Of a stretch of DNA of 64,000 nucleotides, positions 25,421-37,796 are shown one piece after another. The DNA is taken from the NCBI RefSeq assembly GCF_963921235.1, contig NC_086097.1:250420001-250484000 (forward strand). The letters are read 5' to 3'. The notes beneath the pieces are model-generated. The model was given only the letters and a program-made list of their open reading frames with translations, was not told the DNA's origin and searched no databases. The DNA is from Mobula hypostoma (taxonomy: Eukaryota). The translations under genes and the position numbers were made by a program. Position 1 is the stretch's first letter, and each line of letters starts with the position of its first letter.

Positions 25421-27169
25421 GAGTATTGCAGATGAGGTCTCACTGACATTGTACCTTTCCCATTTTTATACTCCAAACTCTTTGCAATAAAGTGATGGGA
25501 ATTTCAATCTCATGATCTCTCCAGGCTTGATGCATTCAATACCTTTGCATTTTGCACCACCCACTAAACATCAGCCAAGTTAGAGGCTAAAGGACATTCC
25601 TCCCCAACCCTCACCATCCCCCCCACTCCCTAGACAGAAAATCTCCCATTTATGAACCCAACAATATTGAATGCAAATTAGTAAAATGCTGAGCATCCAT
25701 TATTGCCAGAGGGATCATGGCATCAGAAATGTAAAGCTCAAAAGCTGATGCAACAGGTGCAACCATTCTTTTGTTAATTGGGGAGGGAGGGGGGAGGGGG
25801 GAAAAGAACTGAGATACAGGGATGTTGTGTCTCCAGCTTTGGGGAACTGATGTGGAGAGAGATGGAGGAGGCGTGTGACCCAGTGCACACTCAACAACAC
25901 GAGGTGGAGTGTCGTGTTATTGTGGTATAAGAAGTTGGCAAGACGCCACTTGAAGCATTGTGTGCATCTGTTTGCTATACAATAGGAAGGGTGTCATTAA
26001 ATGGGCAGGATGCAGAAAAGATTCATGAGGATATCAGCTGGACTGGAGGACTCCAGTTATTGGGAAACAGGATAGGTCGAGGGATTTCAATACCTCCCCA
26101 TCCCCAATCAAGAACAAGGAGGCTGATGGATGACATTATAGGAGGCTTACAAGATCATAAGAGGCACAGATAGGGTGGTTAGTGGCTTTCCCAGGGTCTG
26201 GGAGTCTAAAGCCACATGCCATGATATAAGGTAGAGGGGAAATGTGGTGAGGTGAGCAACGACTCTCCTCCACAACCACCCCCACAGGTCTTGGGGGTAT
26301 GTGGACCAAGCCGCTAGAGAAAGTTGAATAGGTAAGGACAATCGTGCTTAAGATATTAGACACACATAGACTGGAAAGGTTAGTGAGATATGGGCCAAAA
26401 GCAAGGGCTTGTTACTAATTCAGATAGTCAGCTGGGTCAGTATGGACGAGTTGGGTCAAAAGGCCTGTTTGTGCTCCCTCCTTACCAGGGAGGAGAGATC
26501 CCAAGCCTAGCAGAACAGCCATGATAGCTGAATGGGAGGGGAGGTGAAGGAGAACATAGCAAACTGCGGTAAGGAACAATTACAGAAGACCAGCAGGAAG
26601 TTCTGCTTTCAGCTGTACTAGGTGGACTGGCCCAGGTCATACTGTTCAAAGAACTCAAGGGAGGCATCTCAGTTACACTTTCTCCCATGTGTGGAGGACC
26701 AACGACATGACTGTTGACTTTAGGAAGGTGCAGCTGAACCTTCACCCTCTGAACAAACGTGGTTCATCCATAAATAGAATTAAGCGCACAGATGACCCCA
26801 CCTGCTCCTTCAATATCATCTTCCTGAATAAGGCGGCAGAGCAGCATCTCCACTTCCTGAAAAGAATGAGGCAATCAAGGCCCTCCCCCCGCCCTCATCT
26901 TAATTGAATTTTACAGGAGCACCATTGAAAACATCCTGACAAGCTGCACCTCCAACTGTATGGGAGCAGCAGAGCGTCAGACCGGGAGACCCTACAAAAG
27001 ACTAAATGGCCAAAAGGATCATAGGGGTCTCCCTGCCATCCATCAGGGACAGTTATCAGGAGCGACACATACGCAGGGCCTTCAGTATTACAAGGATCCC
27101 ACCCATCCTGCATCCTCTGACATGTCTCCAAATGGAGGGTGCAATAGTTTAATCTAAAACCAATGTACT

Positions 27170-29960
27170 ATGTCAAAACAAGGGAGACTACAGCAGGATG
27201 AGGGAGGAGTTGGACAGGGCAAACTGGGAACACAGGCTTTATGGTGGGATAGTAGAGGAACAGTGGAAGACTTTCAAAGAGATTTTCTGGTGTCCAAAAG
27301 TATATTCCAGTTAACAGCAGGGGTGAGAGAGCCAGCCATGGATAACTAAGGAAATAAAGGAAGGCATCAGACAAAAATGGATAGTAAAAGTTTTTATAAT
27401 TATATAAAGTGGAAAAGGGTGTTTAAGTGAACATAGGTCCCTTGGAGGACAAGAAGGGGGATTGTTATTTGGTAATGAGGAAATGGCCAAGGCTTTGAAT
27501 GACTATTCTGTGTTGGTTTTCACAGTGGAGGGGATGTCTAACATGCCAGAGATGATATGGATGCAATAGGAGGCGAGGACCTCGATACAAAGGCTATCAC
27601 CAAAGAGGTAGTGCTGAGCAAACTTGTTTGCCTAAAGATAGACAGGTCCCATGATCCTGACTGAACGCATCCCAGGGTACTGAAAGAAATGGCAGAGGCT
27701 ATAGCAGAGGCTTTGGAGATAATTTACTAAATCGCTCTGGGCAGGTCCCGTTGGATTGGAAGAAAGCAAATGCTAGGCCACTGTTCAAAAAAGGATGTAG
27801 GCAAAAGGCAGGTAACTACAGGCCAGTTAGTTTAACATCTGTCGTTGGGAAAATGCTTAAAACTATCATTAAAGAAATAGCAAGGCAACTGGAAAGAAAT
27901 GGATCCATCAGGCAGATGCGGCATGGATTCAGCAAAGGCAGGTCCTATTTGACAAACTTGCTGGAGCTCTTTGAGGATATAATGAGTGCAATGGGTAGAG
28001 GGGAACAAACAGATGGATGTTATTTACTTGGATTTTCAGAAGGCGTTTGACAAGGTGCTGCATAAAAGACTTATCCATAAGATAAGGATGCATGGAGTTG
28101 GGGATGATGTATTAGCACGGATAGAGGATTGCTTAAACAATAGAAAGCAGAGAGTTGGGGTACATGACTGTTACTCTGGTTGGCAATCAGTGGTGAGCGG
28201 TGTGCTGCAGGGTTCAGTGCTGAGCCCATAACCGTTTGATATACGTTAATGATCAGGAAGAGGGGGACCATGTCTTGTTTTTCCAAGTTTGCTGATGATA
28301 CTAAATTGTTCAGAGGATACAGAGAGTCTGCAGAGAGATATAGATAGATTAAGTGAGTGGGCAAGGGTCTGACAGAAGCCGAAGTGTGGTTGTAGAGGGG
28401 TCATATTCTACATGGAGGTCGGTGACTAGCGGTGTGCCTCAGGGATCTGTTCTGGGACCCCGTTTCTCTGTGATTTTTATAAGTGACCTGGATGAGAAAG
28501 TGGAGGGATGGGTTAGTAAATTTGCTGATGACAGAGGTTCGGGGTGTTGTGGATAGTGTGGAGGGCTGTCAGAGGTTACAGTGGGACATTGATAGGATGC
28601 AAAACTGGGCTGAGAAGTGGCAGATGGAGTTCAACCCAGATAAGTGTGAGGTGGTTCATTTTGGTAGGTCAAATATGATGCAGAATATAGTATTAATGGT
28701 AAGACTCTTGACAGTGTGGAGGATCAGAGGGATCTCGGGGTCCGAGTCCATAGGATGCTCAAAGCTGCTGCACAGGTTGACTGAGGTTAAGAAGGTATAC
28801 AGTGCATTGGCCTTCATCAACCGTGGGATTGAGTTTAAGAGCAGAGTGGTAATGTTACTGCTATATAGGACCCTGGTCAGACCCCACTTGGAGTACTAAG
28901 CTCAGTTCTGGTTGCTTCACTACAGGAAGGATGTGGAAACTATAGAAAGGGTGCAGAGGAGATTTACAAGGATGTTGTCTGGATTGGGCAGCATTTCTTA
29001 CAAAAATAGGTTGAGTAAACATGACCTTTTCTCCTTGGAGCAACATAGGATGAGAGGTGACCTGATAGAGATGTACAAGATAATGAGAGGCATTGATTGT
29101 GTGGATAGTCAGAGGCTTTTTCCCGGGGCTGAAATGGCTATCATGAGAGGACATAGTTTTAAGATGCTTGGAAGTAGGTACAGAGGAGATGTCAGGGTAA
29201 ATTAAAAAGACCCAACGGTGAGTGCATGGAATGGGCTACCGGCGACGGTGGTGGAAGCAGATACAATAGGGTCTTTTAAGAGACTCCTGGATAGGTATAT
29301 GGAGCTTAGAAAAATAGAGGGCTATGGGTAACCCTAGGTAATTTCTAAAGTAAGTACATGTTCAGCACAGCATTGCAGGACAAAGGGCCTGTATTGTGCT
29401 GTAGGTTTTCTATATTTCTATGAAGCAACTGTGCGCAGTTCTAGTCTCCTTACTTGAAGGATATACTGGCTTTGAGGCGGTGAAGAGGTGGTTCACCAGG
29501 TTAATTCCAGAGATGAGGGGGTTAGACTATGGGCAGAGATTGAGTCACCTGGGACTGTACTCACTGGAATTCAGAATGAGAGGAGATCTTATAGAAACAA
29601 ATTATGAAAGGGATAGATAAGATAGAGCCAGGAAAGTTGTTTCCATTGGTAGGTGAGACTAGAACGACGGGATATAGCCTCAAGATTTGGGGATGTAAAT
29701 TTAGGATTGAAATGAGAACGAATTGCTTTTCCCCAAAGAATGGTGAATTGGTGGAATTCTCTGCCCAAGGAAGCAGTGGAGGCTACCTCAGAAAATGCAT
29801 TTAAGACAAGGCTCGATAGATTTTTTGCATAGTAGGGGAATTAAGGGTTTATGGAGAAAAAGCTAGTAGGTGGAGATGAGTCCATGGCCAGATCAGCCAT
29901 GATCTTATTGAATGTGGAGCAGGCTCGACGGGCCAGATGGCCGACTCCTGTTTCTCACGT
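27170..29960 (+). mobile_element. Nested CR1 LINEs (a copy at ~28370-29420 inserted into an older one)
   Basis: Two successive QGSVL/FADD regions; inner element has its own 3' tail (ttttctatatttctatg) at ~29405-29422, after which the outer ORF2 remnant resumes. Confidence 0.85.
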
Positions 29961-31297
29961 TCCTGGGAGAGTCCACGGCAGAAAAATCAACAGTCCGAAT
30001 GGGAAACAGTTTTGTCCTTCAGGCCATCAGGCTTCTGCACTTCCTGCCGCATTGCATCAAAGTGTCAACAGATAATTTGTATTGTACTATACAATATTTA
30101 ACTTATGCAATTTATCTTAGTCTGGAAAAGCATTGTCTTGTTTGGTGGTATAAATTTATATAGTTAAATGACAATAAACTTGACAAGGCAAATTAAAGCC
30201 AAGTTTCACAATGTCCATTCTTCCACCCAAATGATCTGATCCCACCATTGTTCAAGATTCCACATTAGATCAACTGATATTTGCTTGGCCAACATCCAGT
30301 TGTTTGGTGCTGAATTCCCAAGGTGGGGGAGATCTAAAGCCGAGTCCCCAAGGTAGCCTGCACTGAGTTCAAATCTGACAGGCAACTCCTACAATGCCGC
30401 CAGTGCCAAACTGTACAGGTCTTTGCCGTTCCTTTGGATTCATCAGCCGCGTGGAGAGGGGGAGCTTGCCACATGGGCAACAGCTTACTCTCCACACTGT
30501 ACAGCCCTAGCTTGCATATCTAGACAGCCAGGATGCAACATCCATGGTCAACGACCAGAAGCCTCAGACTACGTAGAAACATAGAAAACCTACAGCACAA
30601 TACAGGCCCTTCGGCCCACAAAGCTGTGCCGAACATGTCCTTACCTCAGAAATTACCTAGGGTTATCCATGCCCTCTATTTTTCCAAACTCCATGTACTA
30701 CAGTTCAACAACATTGATTACTTTAAACTAAAACAGATTTTGGTGCTATTTTGTTCTTGCAAAAATGACGTACAATTCATGTTGATGTTTTTCTTGCGAA
30801 TGCTACTTATCTGATGCGCTGTGTCTGTGATGCTGCTACAGATAAGTTTGTGCAGACGTGGACTCGTAGATAAACAATAAACTCAAGTTTACTATTAACG
30901 AGATTTGATGGAGACATACAAAATTATGAGGGGTATAGGAAGGGTAAACACAAGCAGGCTTTTTCCTCTGAGGTGGGTGGGACTACAACCAAAGGCCATG
31001 GGTTAAAAGTGAAAGGTGAAATGTTTAAGGGGAACATGAGGAGGGGGGACTTCTTCACTCAGAGGGTCAAGAAAGCGTGAGCTGTCAGCGCAAGTGGTTC
31101 TTCGTTTAAGAGAAGTTTGGATAGGTACAAGGATAGTTGGGGCATGGAGGGCTATGGCCTCAGTGCAGGTCAATGGCAGCTTAAATGGTTTGCTATGGAC
31201 TAGATTGGCTGGTTTCTGTGCTGCAATTTTCTATGACCATCTGTGCGGGAGTTTTCCAGACAAAATCCTTCTAAAACCCATAACCAGGTCTATATGC

Positions 31298-32603
31298 AAA
31301 CAACAGGAATTCTGCAGATGCTGGAAATTCAAGCAACACACATCAAAGTTGCTGGTGAACGCAGCAGGCCAGGCAGCATCTATAGGAAGAGGCGCAGTCG
31401 ACGTTTCAGGCCGAGACCCTTCGTCAGGACTAACTGAAGGAAGAGTGAGTAAGGGATTTGAAAGCTGGAGGGGGAGGGGGAGATGCAAAATGATAGGAGA
31501 AGACAGGAGGGGGAGGGATAGAGCCAAGAGCTGGACAGGTGATAGGCAAAAGGGGATACGAGAGGATCATGGGACAGGAGGTCCGGGAAGAAAGACGGGG
31601 GGGGGTGACCCAGAGGATGGGCAAGAGGTATATTCAGAGGGACAGAGGGAGAAAAAGGAGAGTGAGAGAAAGAATGTGTGCATAAAAATGAGTAACAGCT
31701 GGGGTACGAGGGGGAGGTGGGGCCTAGCGGAAGTTAGAGAAGTCAATGTTCATGCCATCAGGTTGGAGGCTACCCAGACAGAATATAAGGTGTTGTTCCT
31801 CCAACCTGAGTGTGGCTTCATCTTTACAGTAGAGGAGGCCGTGGATAGACATGTCAGAATGGGAATGGGATGTGGAATTAAAATGTGTGGCCACTGGGAG
31901 ATCCTGCTTTCTCTGGCGGACAGAGCGTAGATGTTCAGCAAAGCGGTCTCCCAGTCTGCGTCGGGTCTCACCAATATATAAAAGGCCACATCGGGAGCAC
32001 CGGACGCAGTATATCACCCCAGTCGACTCACAGGTGAAGTGATGTCTCACCTGGAAGGACTGTTTGGGGCCCTGAATGGTGGTAAGGGAGGAAGTGTAAG
32101 GGCATGTGTAGCACTTGTTCCGCTTACACGGATAAGTGCCAGGAGGGAGATCAGTGGGGAGGGATGGGGGGGACGAATGGACAAGGAAGTTGTGTAGGGA
32201 GCGATCCCTGCGGAATGCAGAGAGGGGGGGGGAGGGAAAGATGTGCTTCGTGGTGGGATCCCGTTGGAGGTGGCGGAAGTTACGGAGAATAATATGTTGG
32301 ACCCGGAGGCTGGTGGGGTGGTAGGTGAGGACCAGGGGAACCCTATTCCTAGTGGGGTGGTGGGAGGATGGAGTGAGAGCAGATGTACGTGAAATGGGGG
32401 AGATGCGTTTAAGAGCAGAGTTGATAGTGAAGGAAGGGAAGCCCCTTTCTTTAAAAAATGAAGACATCTCCCTCGTCCTAGAATGAAAAGCCTCATCCTG
32501 AGAGCAGATGCGGCGGAGACGGAGGAATTGCAAGAAGGGGATGGCGTTTTTGCAAGAGACAGGGTGAGAAGAGGAATAGTCCAGATAGCTGTGAGAGTCT
32601 ATA
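31298..32603 (-). mobile_element. Neptune-type Penelope-like element, 5'-truncated: RT C-terminus, Cys-rich linker, GIY-YIG endonuclease, 3' terminal repeat with hammerhead
   Basis: Open ORF 31724..32608: YLDYSSSHP...IP..QFLRLRRICS, CKRNKCYTC, GVIYCVRCSRCGLLYIGETRRRLGDRFAEH, L.SLQPDGMN; CpG-rich so relatively young. Confidence 0.92.
31396..31431 (-). ncRNA. Minimal type-I hammerhead ribozyme (intact core)
   Basis: Minus strand AGUC-CUGACGA-AGG-gucucgg-CCU-GAAA-C-GUC|-GACU: stem I AGUC/GACU, core CUGANGA and GAAA, GUC triplet, palindromic ACGU in place of stem III. Confidence 0.8.
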
Positions 32604-32864
32604 TCCACACTTTCAGGCGTGTATTTGAAATATCAATTATTAACTGTGCTTTTAATAAAGGCCTTTGGCTTGAACTTTTGCCCTCTGTGGCAAAGAATTC
32701 CACAGATTCACCACCCACGCATTAAAGAAATTCCTCATCTGTCTTAAAGGGGCTTCTTTGTGTGCCTTCTGGTCATGGACTCCTCCACTACAGGAAATAT
32801 CCTCTCCACGTCCACTGTCCAGGCCTTTCAATATTCAATGAGATTCCCTTCTTAGTGGCTGAGG

Positions 32865-33082
32865 AACACGAGGAATTCTGCAGATGCTGGAAATTCAAAC
32901 AACACACAAAGTTGCTGGTGAACGCAGCAGACCAGGCAGCATCTCTAAACAGTCGACGTTTCGGGCCGAGACCCTTTGTCAGGCCCGACTCCTGACGAAG
33001 GGTCTTGGCCCGAAACGTCGACTGTACCTCTTCCTAGAGATACTGCTTGGCCTGCTGCGTTCACCAGCAACTTTGATGTGCG
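32865..33082. repeat. Fold-back pair of PLE termini with two opposed hammerhead motifs
   Basis: 32907-32983 is the reverse complement of 32991-33075, apart from a short deletion in the left arm. Confidence 0.85.
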
Positions 33083-33775
33083 TAACTGGTTCAAAGGGTA
33101 GGGTTTCAGGTTTTTGGATAACTGGAACTTTTTCTGGGGCAGGGGTGACCTGTACATGAGGAATGGGTCGAACTGAACTGGAGGGGAACCAATATCCTGG
33201 CCAAGAGGTTCACAAGAACTACATGGGAGGGTCTAAACTGAGTTTGGCAGGGGAATGGGAACCAGAGCAGGAAGTGTTGGGATGGAGAGAAAGGTAGACA
33301 TCAGGGCAAGTGAAAACAAAGTAATTGATACAACAGGTCAGATAGTTTGAAGTGTGTGTATTTTAATGCTGAGTATTATGGGTAAAGGTGATCAACTTCG
33401 AGAATGTATCAGTACGTGGAACTACAGTGTAGTGGCTGTTACAGAGGGGGACAGGTGTGAGTGCTTAATGACCCAGGGTTTCAATGTTTTAGGAAGCCGA
33501 TACATTTAGCCACTGATACATTGAGAAACAGATATGCAGGCAGATTAAGGCAAAAACATAGAATTGTTGTCATGGGAGACCTCAACTTACTAAAATAAAC
33601 TGGGCCCCTTTCATGCATGGTGTTTAGGGGGGGCAGAATGTTAGGTGTATCCAGGAGGGTTTCTCAAATTAATATGTCATTCGTACAAGAGGAGGGGGTT
33701 GTACTGGATCTGAGGTTGGTAATCAGTCTGGCCAGCTGAGCAGTTGGGGAACTGTGACCACAACTCCTTAAGTTT

Positions 33776-33939
33776 AAGCAACACACATCAAAGTTGCTGG
33801 TGAACGCAGCAGGCCAGGCAGCATCTCTAGGAAGAGGTACTTTTCCTAGAGATGCTGCCTGGTCTGCTGCGTTCACCAGCAACTTTGATGTGGGTTGCTT
33901 GAATTTCCAGCATCTGTAGAATTCCTCCTGTTTACGTCT
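33776..33939. mobile_element. Hairpin PLE-end insertion
   Basis: Near-perfect inverted repeat 33776-33900 (~60-bp arms) flanked by TTAAGTTTAAG at 33768-33778 and 33940-33950. Confidence 0.85.
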
Positions 33940-34587
33940 TTAAGTTTAAGATAGCTAAAAGACAAAGATAAGTATGGACCTTGTGGGAGTATTACACTGG
34001 AGCAGGGCAAATTACAGAGTATTAGGCAGGAACTAGGGAGAGCTAGTTAGGAACAGCTGTTTTCGCCAAGTCCACATCCATTGCGTGGAGGGTGTTTAAA
34101 GACCAACTGCACAGAGCGCAGGACAGATATGTTCCAGTCAGAAGGACAAGGATGGCAAGGAAAGAGCTTTTGATGTAGTGATAGGTGATGAATTTAGTCA
34201 AGAAAAAAAAAAGTACATAAAGCTTAGAAAGCTAGAATCAAACAAAGCTCTTAAGGATAATAAAGAAGCCACAAAGTTACAGAGGGAATTAGGAAAGCCC
34301 AGGGGGACCAGGAAAAGTCCTTGGCAAGTAGGATTAAAGAGAATCCCAGGGCATTCTATACATACAGCACAGCAAAGGGACAAGCTAGAAGAGGATAGGT
34401 CCAAAGATAAAAGGGGAACATTTGCTTGGATGCGGAGGTGGTGGGTGAGGTCCCTAAAGAGTACTTTATCTTATATGAGTCATTATTTAAGTATCATCGA
34501 GTCATAATTTATCAAGGCTTTAGAAGATCAGGAGATCATTGTCGAGTATCAATATGCTAGGACATTTCAAAGTATAGGAGGAAGTAG

Positions 34588-35196
34588 GCTGGGAGACCAT
34601 TTCACTGAACACCTACGCTCTGTCCTCCAGAGAAAGCAGGATCTCCCAGTGGCCACACATTTTAATTCCACATCCCATTCCCATTCTGATATGTCTATCC
34701 AGGGCCTCCTCTACTGTCATCAGGTTGGAGAAACAACACCTTGTATTCCATCTGGGTAGCCTCCAACCTGATGGCATGAACATTGACTTCTCAAACGTCT
34801 GTTAGTGCCCCACCTCCCCTTTGTACCCCATCCGTTATTTATTTATATACACACATTATTTTTCTCTGTCTCCTTTTTCTCCCTCTGTCCCTCTCACTAT
34901 ACCCCTTGCCCATCCTCTGGGTTCCCCCCCGCCAACTTTTCTTTCTCCCTAGGCCTCCTGTCCCATGATCCTCTCATATCCCTTTTGCCAATCAACTGTC
35001 CAGCTCTTGGCTCCATCCCTCCCCCTCCTGTCTTCTCCTATCATTTTGGATCTCCCCCTCCCCATCCCACTTTCAAATCTCTTACTAGCTCTTCCTTCAG
35101 TTAGTCCTGACGAAGGGTCTCAGCCTGAAACGTCGACTGTACCGCTTCCTAGAGATCTGCCTGGCCTGCTGCGTTCACCAGCAACTTTTATGTGTT
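34588..35196 (+). mobile_element. 5'-truncated Neptune-type PLE (GIY-YIG end plus terminal repeat)
   Basis: Same sequence as 31330-31960 on the opposite strand; flanked by GGAGGAAGTAG at 34577-34587 and 35197-35207. Confidence 0.9.
35103..35138 (+). ncRNA. Minimal type-I hammerhead ribozyme (intact core)
   Basis: AGTC CTGACGA AGG gtctcag CCT GAAA C GTC GACT. Confidence 0.8.
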
Positions 35197-36380
35197 GGAG
35201 GAAGTAGTGTTGGGTCTCTTAGAGCATTAAGGTCGACATGTTCCCAGGGCCTGATGAGATATACCCTGATTTATTGAGAGGGGCAAGTGAAGAGATTTCT
35301 GGGCCTCAGTCAATATTGTCAAGTCCCCTCTAGCCACAGGTGAGGTCCTGGAGGGCTAGTGAGTAGCTAATGTTGTTCCATTATTGCACAAGGGATAATC
35401 CTGGAAAGTAGACTGGCAAGTCATGTCAGTAGTGGAGAAGTTACTTGAGAGAATTCTTAGGGATCGGATTTATAAGCATTTGGAAAATCATGGCCTAATT
35501 GGGGAGAGCCACCATGGCTTTGTGTGGGGCAAGTAAGTGTCTTACTAACTTAATCGAGTTTTTGATGCGGTGATGAGGCAGAACTGTGGATGTTGTCTAC
35601 ATGGATTTTTGTAAGGTGTTTTTGTAAGGTGGGAAGCTCATCCCGTAGATCAAGATCATGGGATCCAGAGTGAATTGGCCATTTGGATTCAAAACTGGCT
35701 TGCCCATAGAAGACAGTATAGTGGTCAAAGGGAGTTATTCTTTGCTGGAGTTCAGTGTTTAGTGGTGCTCCGCAAGGATCTGTACTGGGAGCTCTGCTTC
35801 TACTTCCTCAGAGTCTAAAGAAATTTGTCATGTTGTCATCCCCCCTTGCCTAGAAGTTTGTCATGACCCCATGGAATGTGTGGGTTTTTTTCCGGGCTCG
35901 CTCCTCCCACAGTCCAAAGACATACCAGTTAATAGGTCATTGCAAGCTGTTCTATGAGGCTAGGGTTAAATCAGGAGTTACTGCGTGGAGTGCTCCAAAC
36001 AGCCGACTCCGAGCTGCATCTCAATAAAATTATTTAACTGATGCACCGCAGGAAGTATTCTGTCTAGATACATCACAGCTCGGCATGGAGCTGCTCTGCA
36101 CATAGTGCAAAAAATGTAGAGAGTTGTGTCCACATCATGGAAACCCCAGCCTCCCCTCTAGACCGTCTACACTCCTCACTTCCTCAGTAAAGCAGCCAAC
36201 ATAATCAAATGACCCTACCCACCCCAATGTCCTTCTCCCATCAGGAGGATACAAGAGCCTGAAACCATGCACATTCTGACTCAAGGACCGCTTCTATCCT
36301 GCTGTTAAGGATATTGAATGGTACAACAAGTAGGACTGTTGACCTTGCACCTTAGTTTACCTGCCCTGCTTTCTCTAACT

Positions 36381-37741
36381 CAGGGTCGGCAACCTTTTTG
36401 CTTCTGTGGGCCGGATTGTGTATTAATGAGCAGACAGTGGGCCAGATAAATGCCGTAAAAAACTTGAAATATGGGAATTATCCATTTAAATACATCTAGT
36501 GATGTTTTGCCTCAAATTAATGAATAATGCATGCTAGATAATTATTTGTGCTTCACCAAGGATGCCAATTAGTAATCAAACTCAGTTTAGTTGCAATTTA
36601 ATTCAATCAAGGCATCTTTTGAATCTATTAAAAGGACACAAAGAACATTTAAACACAAAACGTATGAACATGATGCATTGAATGGTGGTAAGTATAATAA
36701 AAAAAGAAAATTTTAATGCAAACAGTCGATAAATCAATGTGAAACTTGATGCTGTTTGTTGCCTGAAAGCTTCTCAATGTTGGGTGTCAGACTTGTTGAT
36801 GCCAAGAGCAAGACATTATCTAGATGGGCATCAGTCAATCTTGTTCTCAAATGGGTCTTGGTGTGCTTCATTTTTGAAATTAATTGCTCACACAGATGAA
36901 TGCTGCCAAACAATGATGCCATTTTTTTTTGCATGGTCCATATTCTTTGACAAACTCTCCATCTGTAAAAGGCTTTGGCTTTTCTGCAATACGTTTTGAG
37001 ACTTCGTAGCTGGCAGGGGTATTTCCTTCATTTTCACTGCTTTTCTTGGCAAAAGATGACGTTTGTTTTGCAAAACTAGCCTTCATTCACTCAGCTTCAT
37101 CTTTCCTTGCTTGCCCAGTAAACTTGTTAAAATTTCCACTATGGCGGGTCTCGTAATGTCGCCTGATATTTGCCACCTTCTTCACAGCAACATTTTCCAG
37201 GCAAATGAGAAACTGGTTTCCCAGCTTGCTCGATAAAGAAGTAATCTAGTGTCCAAGTGTCTAGGAAATTTCAGCACTCAGTGTCTACCTTCCTGCGTTT
37301 TGCATTCATTGCCATTTTTTTCTTCAATTTTATTTCGAAATGCGAGTTATTCAACAAGTATCATAGCACATGTAAATATCTGGATATTTCACGTGGATTT
37401 CTTGTTAAAATAAAGTGATGCTGTTTCTGTTTACAAATTTGAACGATCCCATTTGAAAACCTGCGTGTGCACGGAGAGTATCTAATACATATTAATAAGG
37501 TAGTCTGCCTTCCTGTCATTCGTATATGACCAGTGTTTGGTTTGGAACAAAACAGAACCTGGGGCCAGTGTAACAAGATGCCATGCATGTCCATCAGTGT
37601 GGTCGCGTGATACACTCAGAATAAGGAAAAAAAATTGCTCGTGGGTTGGATAAGCATAGTATCTCAATATTTGCTTGCGGGCCGGTCAATATACCTTCGC
37701 GGGCCGGATCTGGCCCATGGGCTGTAGGTTGCCTACCCCTG
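36381..37741 (-). mobile_element. hAT/Charlie (SPIN/GTF2IRD2-like) DNA transposon, internally deleted
   Basis: TIRs CAGGGTCGGCAACCT / AGGTTGCCTACCCCTG; exact 8-bp TSD CTCTAACT (36373-36380, 37742-37749); BED-like N-terminal remnant (KRRKVD...NIRRHYETRH) and C-terminal dimerisation remnant (FGS..LCEQL.SKMK..K...RTRLTD.HL). Confidence 0.92.
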
Positions 37742-37796
37742 CTCTAACTGTTAGAAATCATTCTGCATTGTTATAATTTTATCTTAGATCATAAGA

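Larger units (their letters stand above)
33085..35800 (+). mobile_element. Old CR1 (ORF1 end to RT) interrupted by two PLE insertions
   Basis: Degenerate CR1 motifs (gtgaccacaactccttaagtttaag, SDHN-like; gtggtgctccgcaaggatctgtactggga, G.PQGSVLG) resume on both sides of the insertions. Confidence 0.75.
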
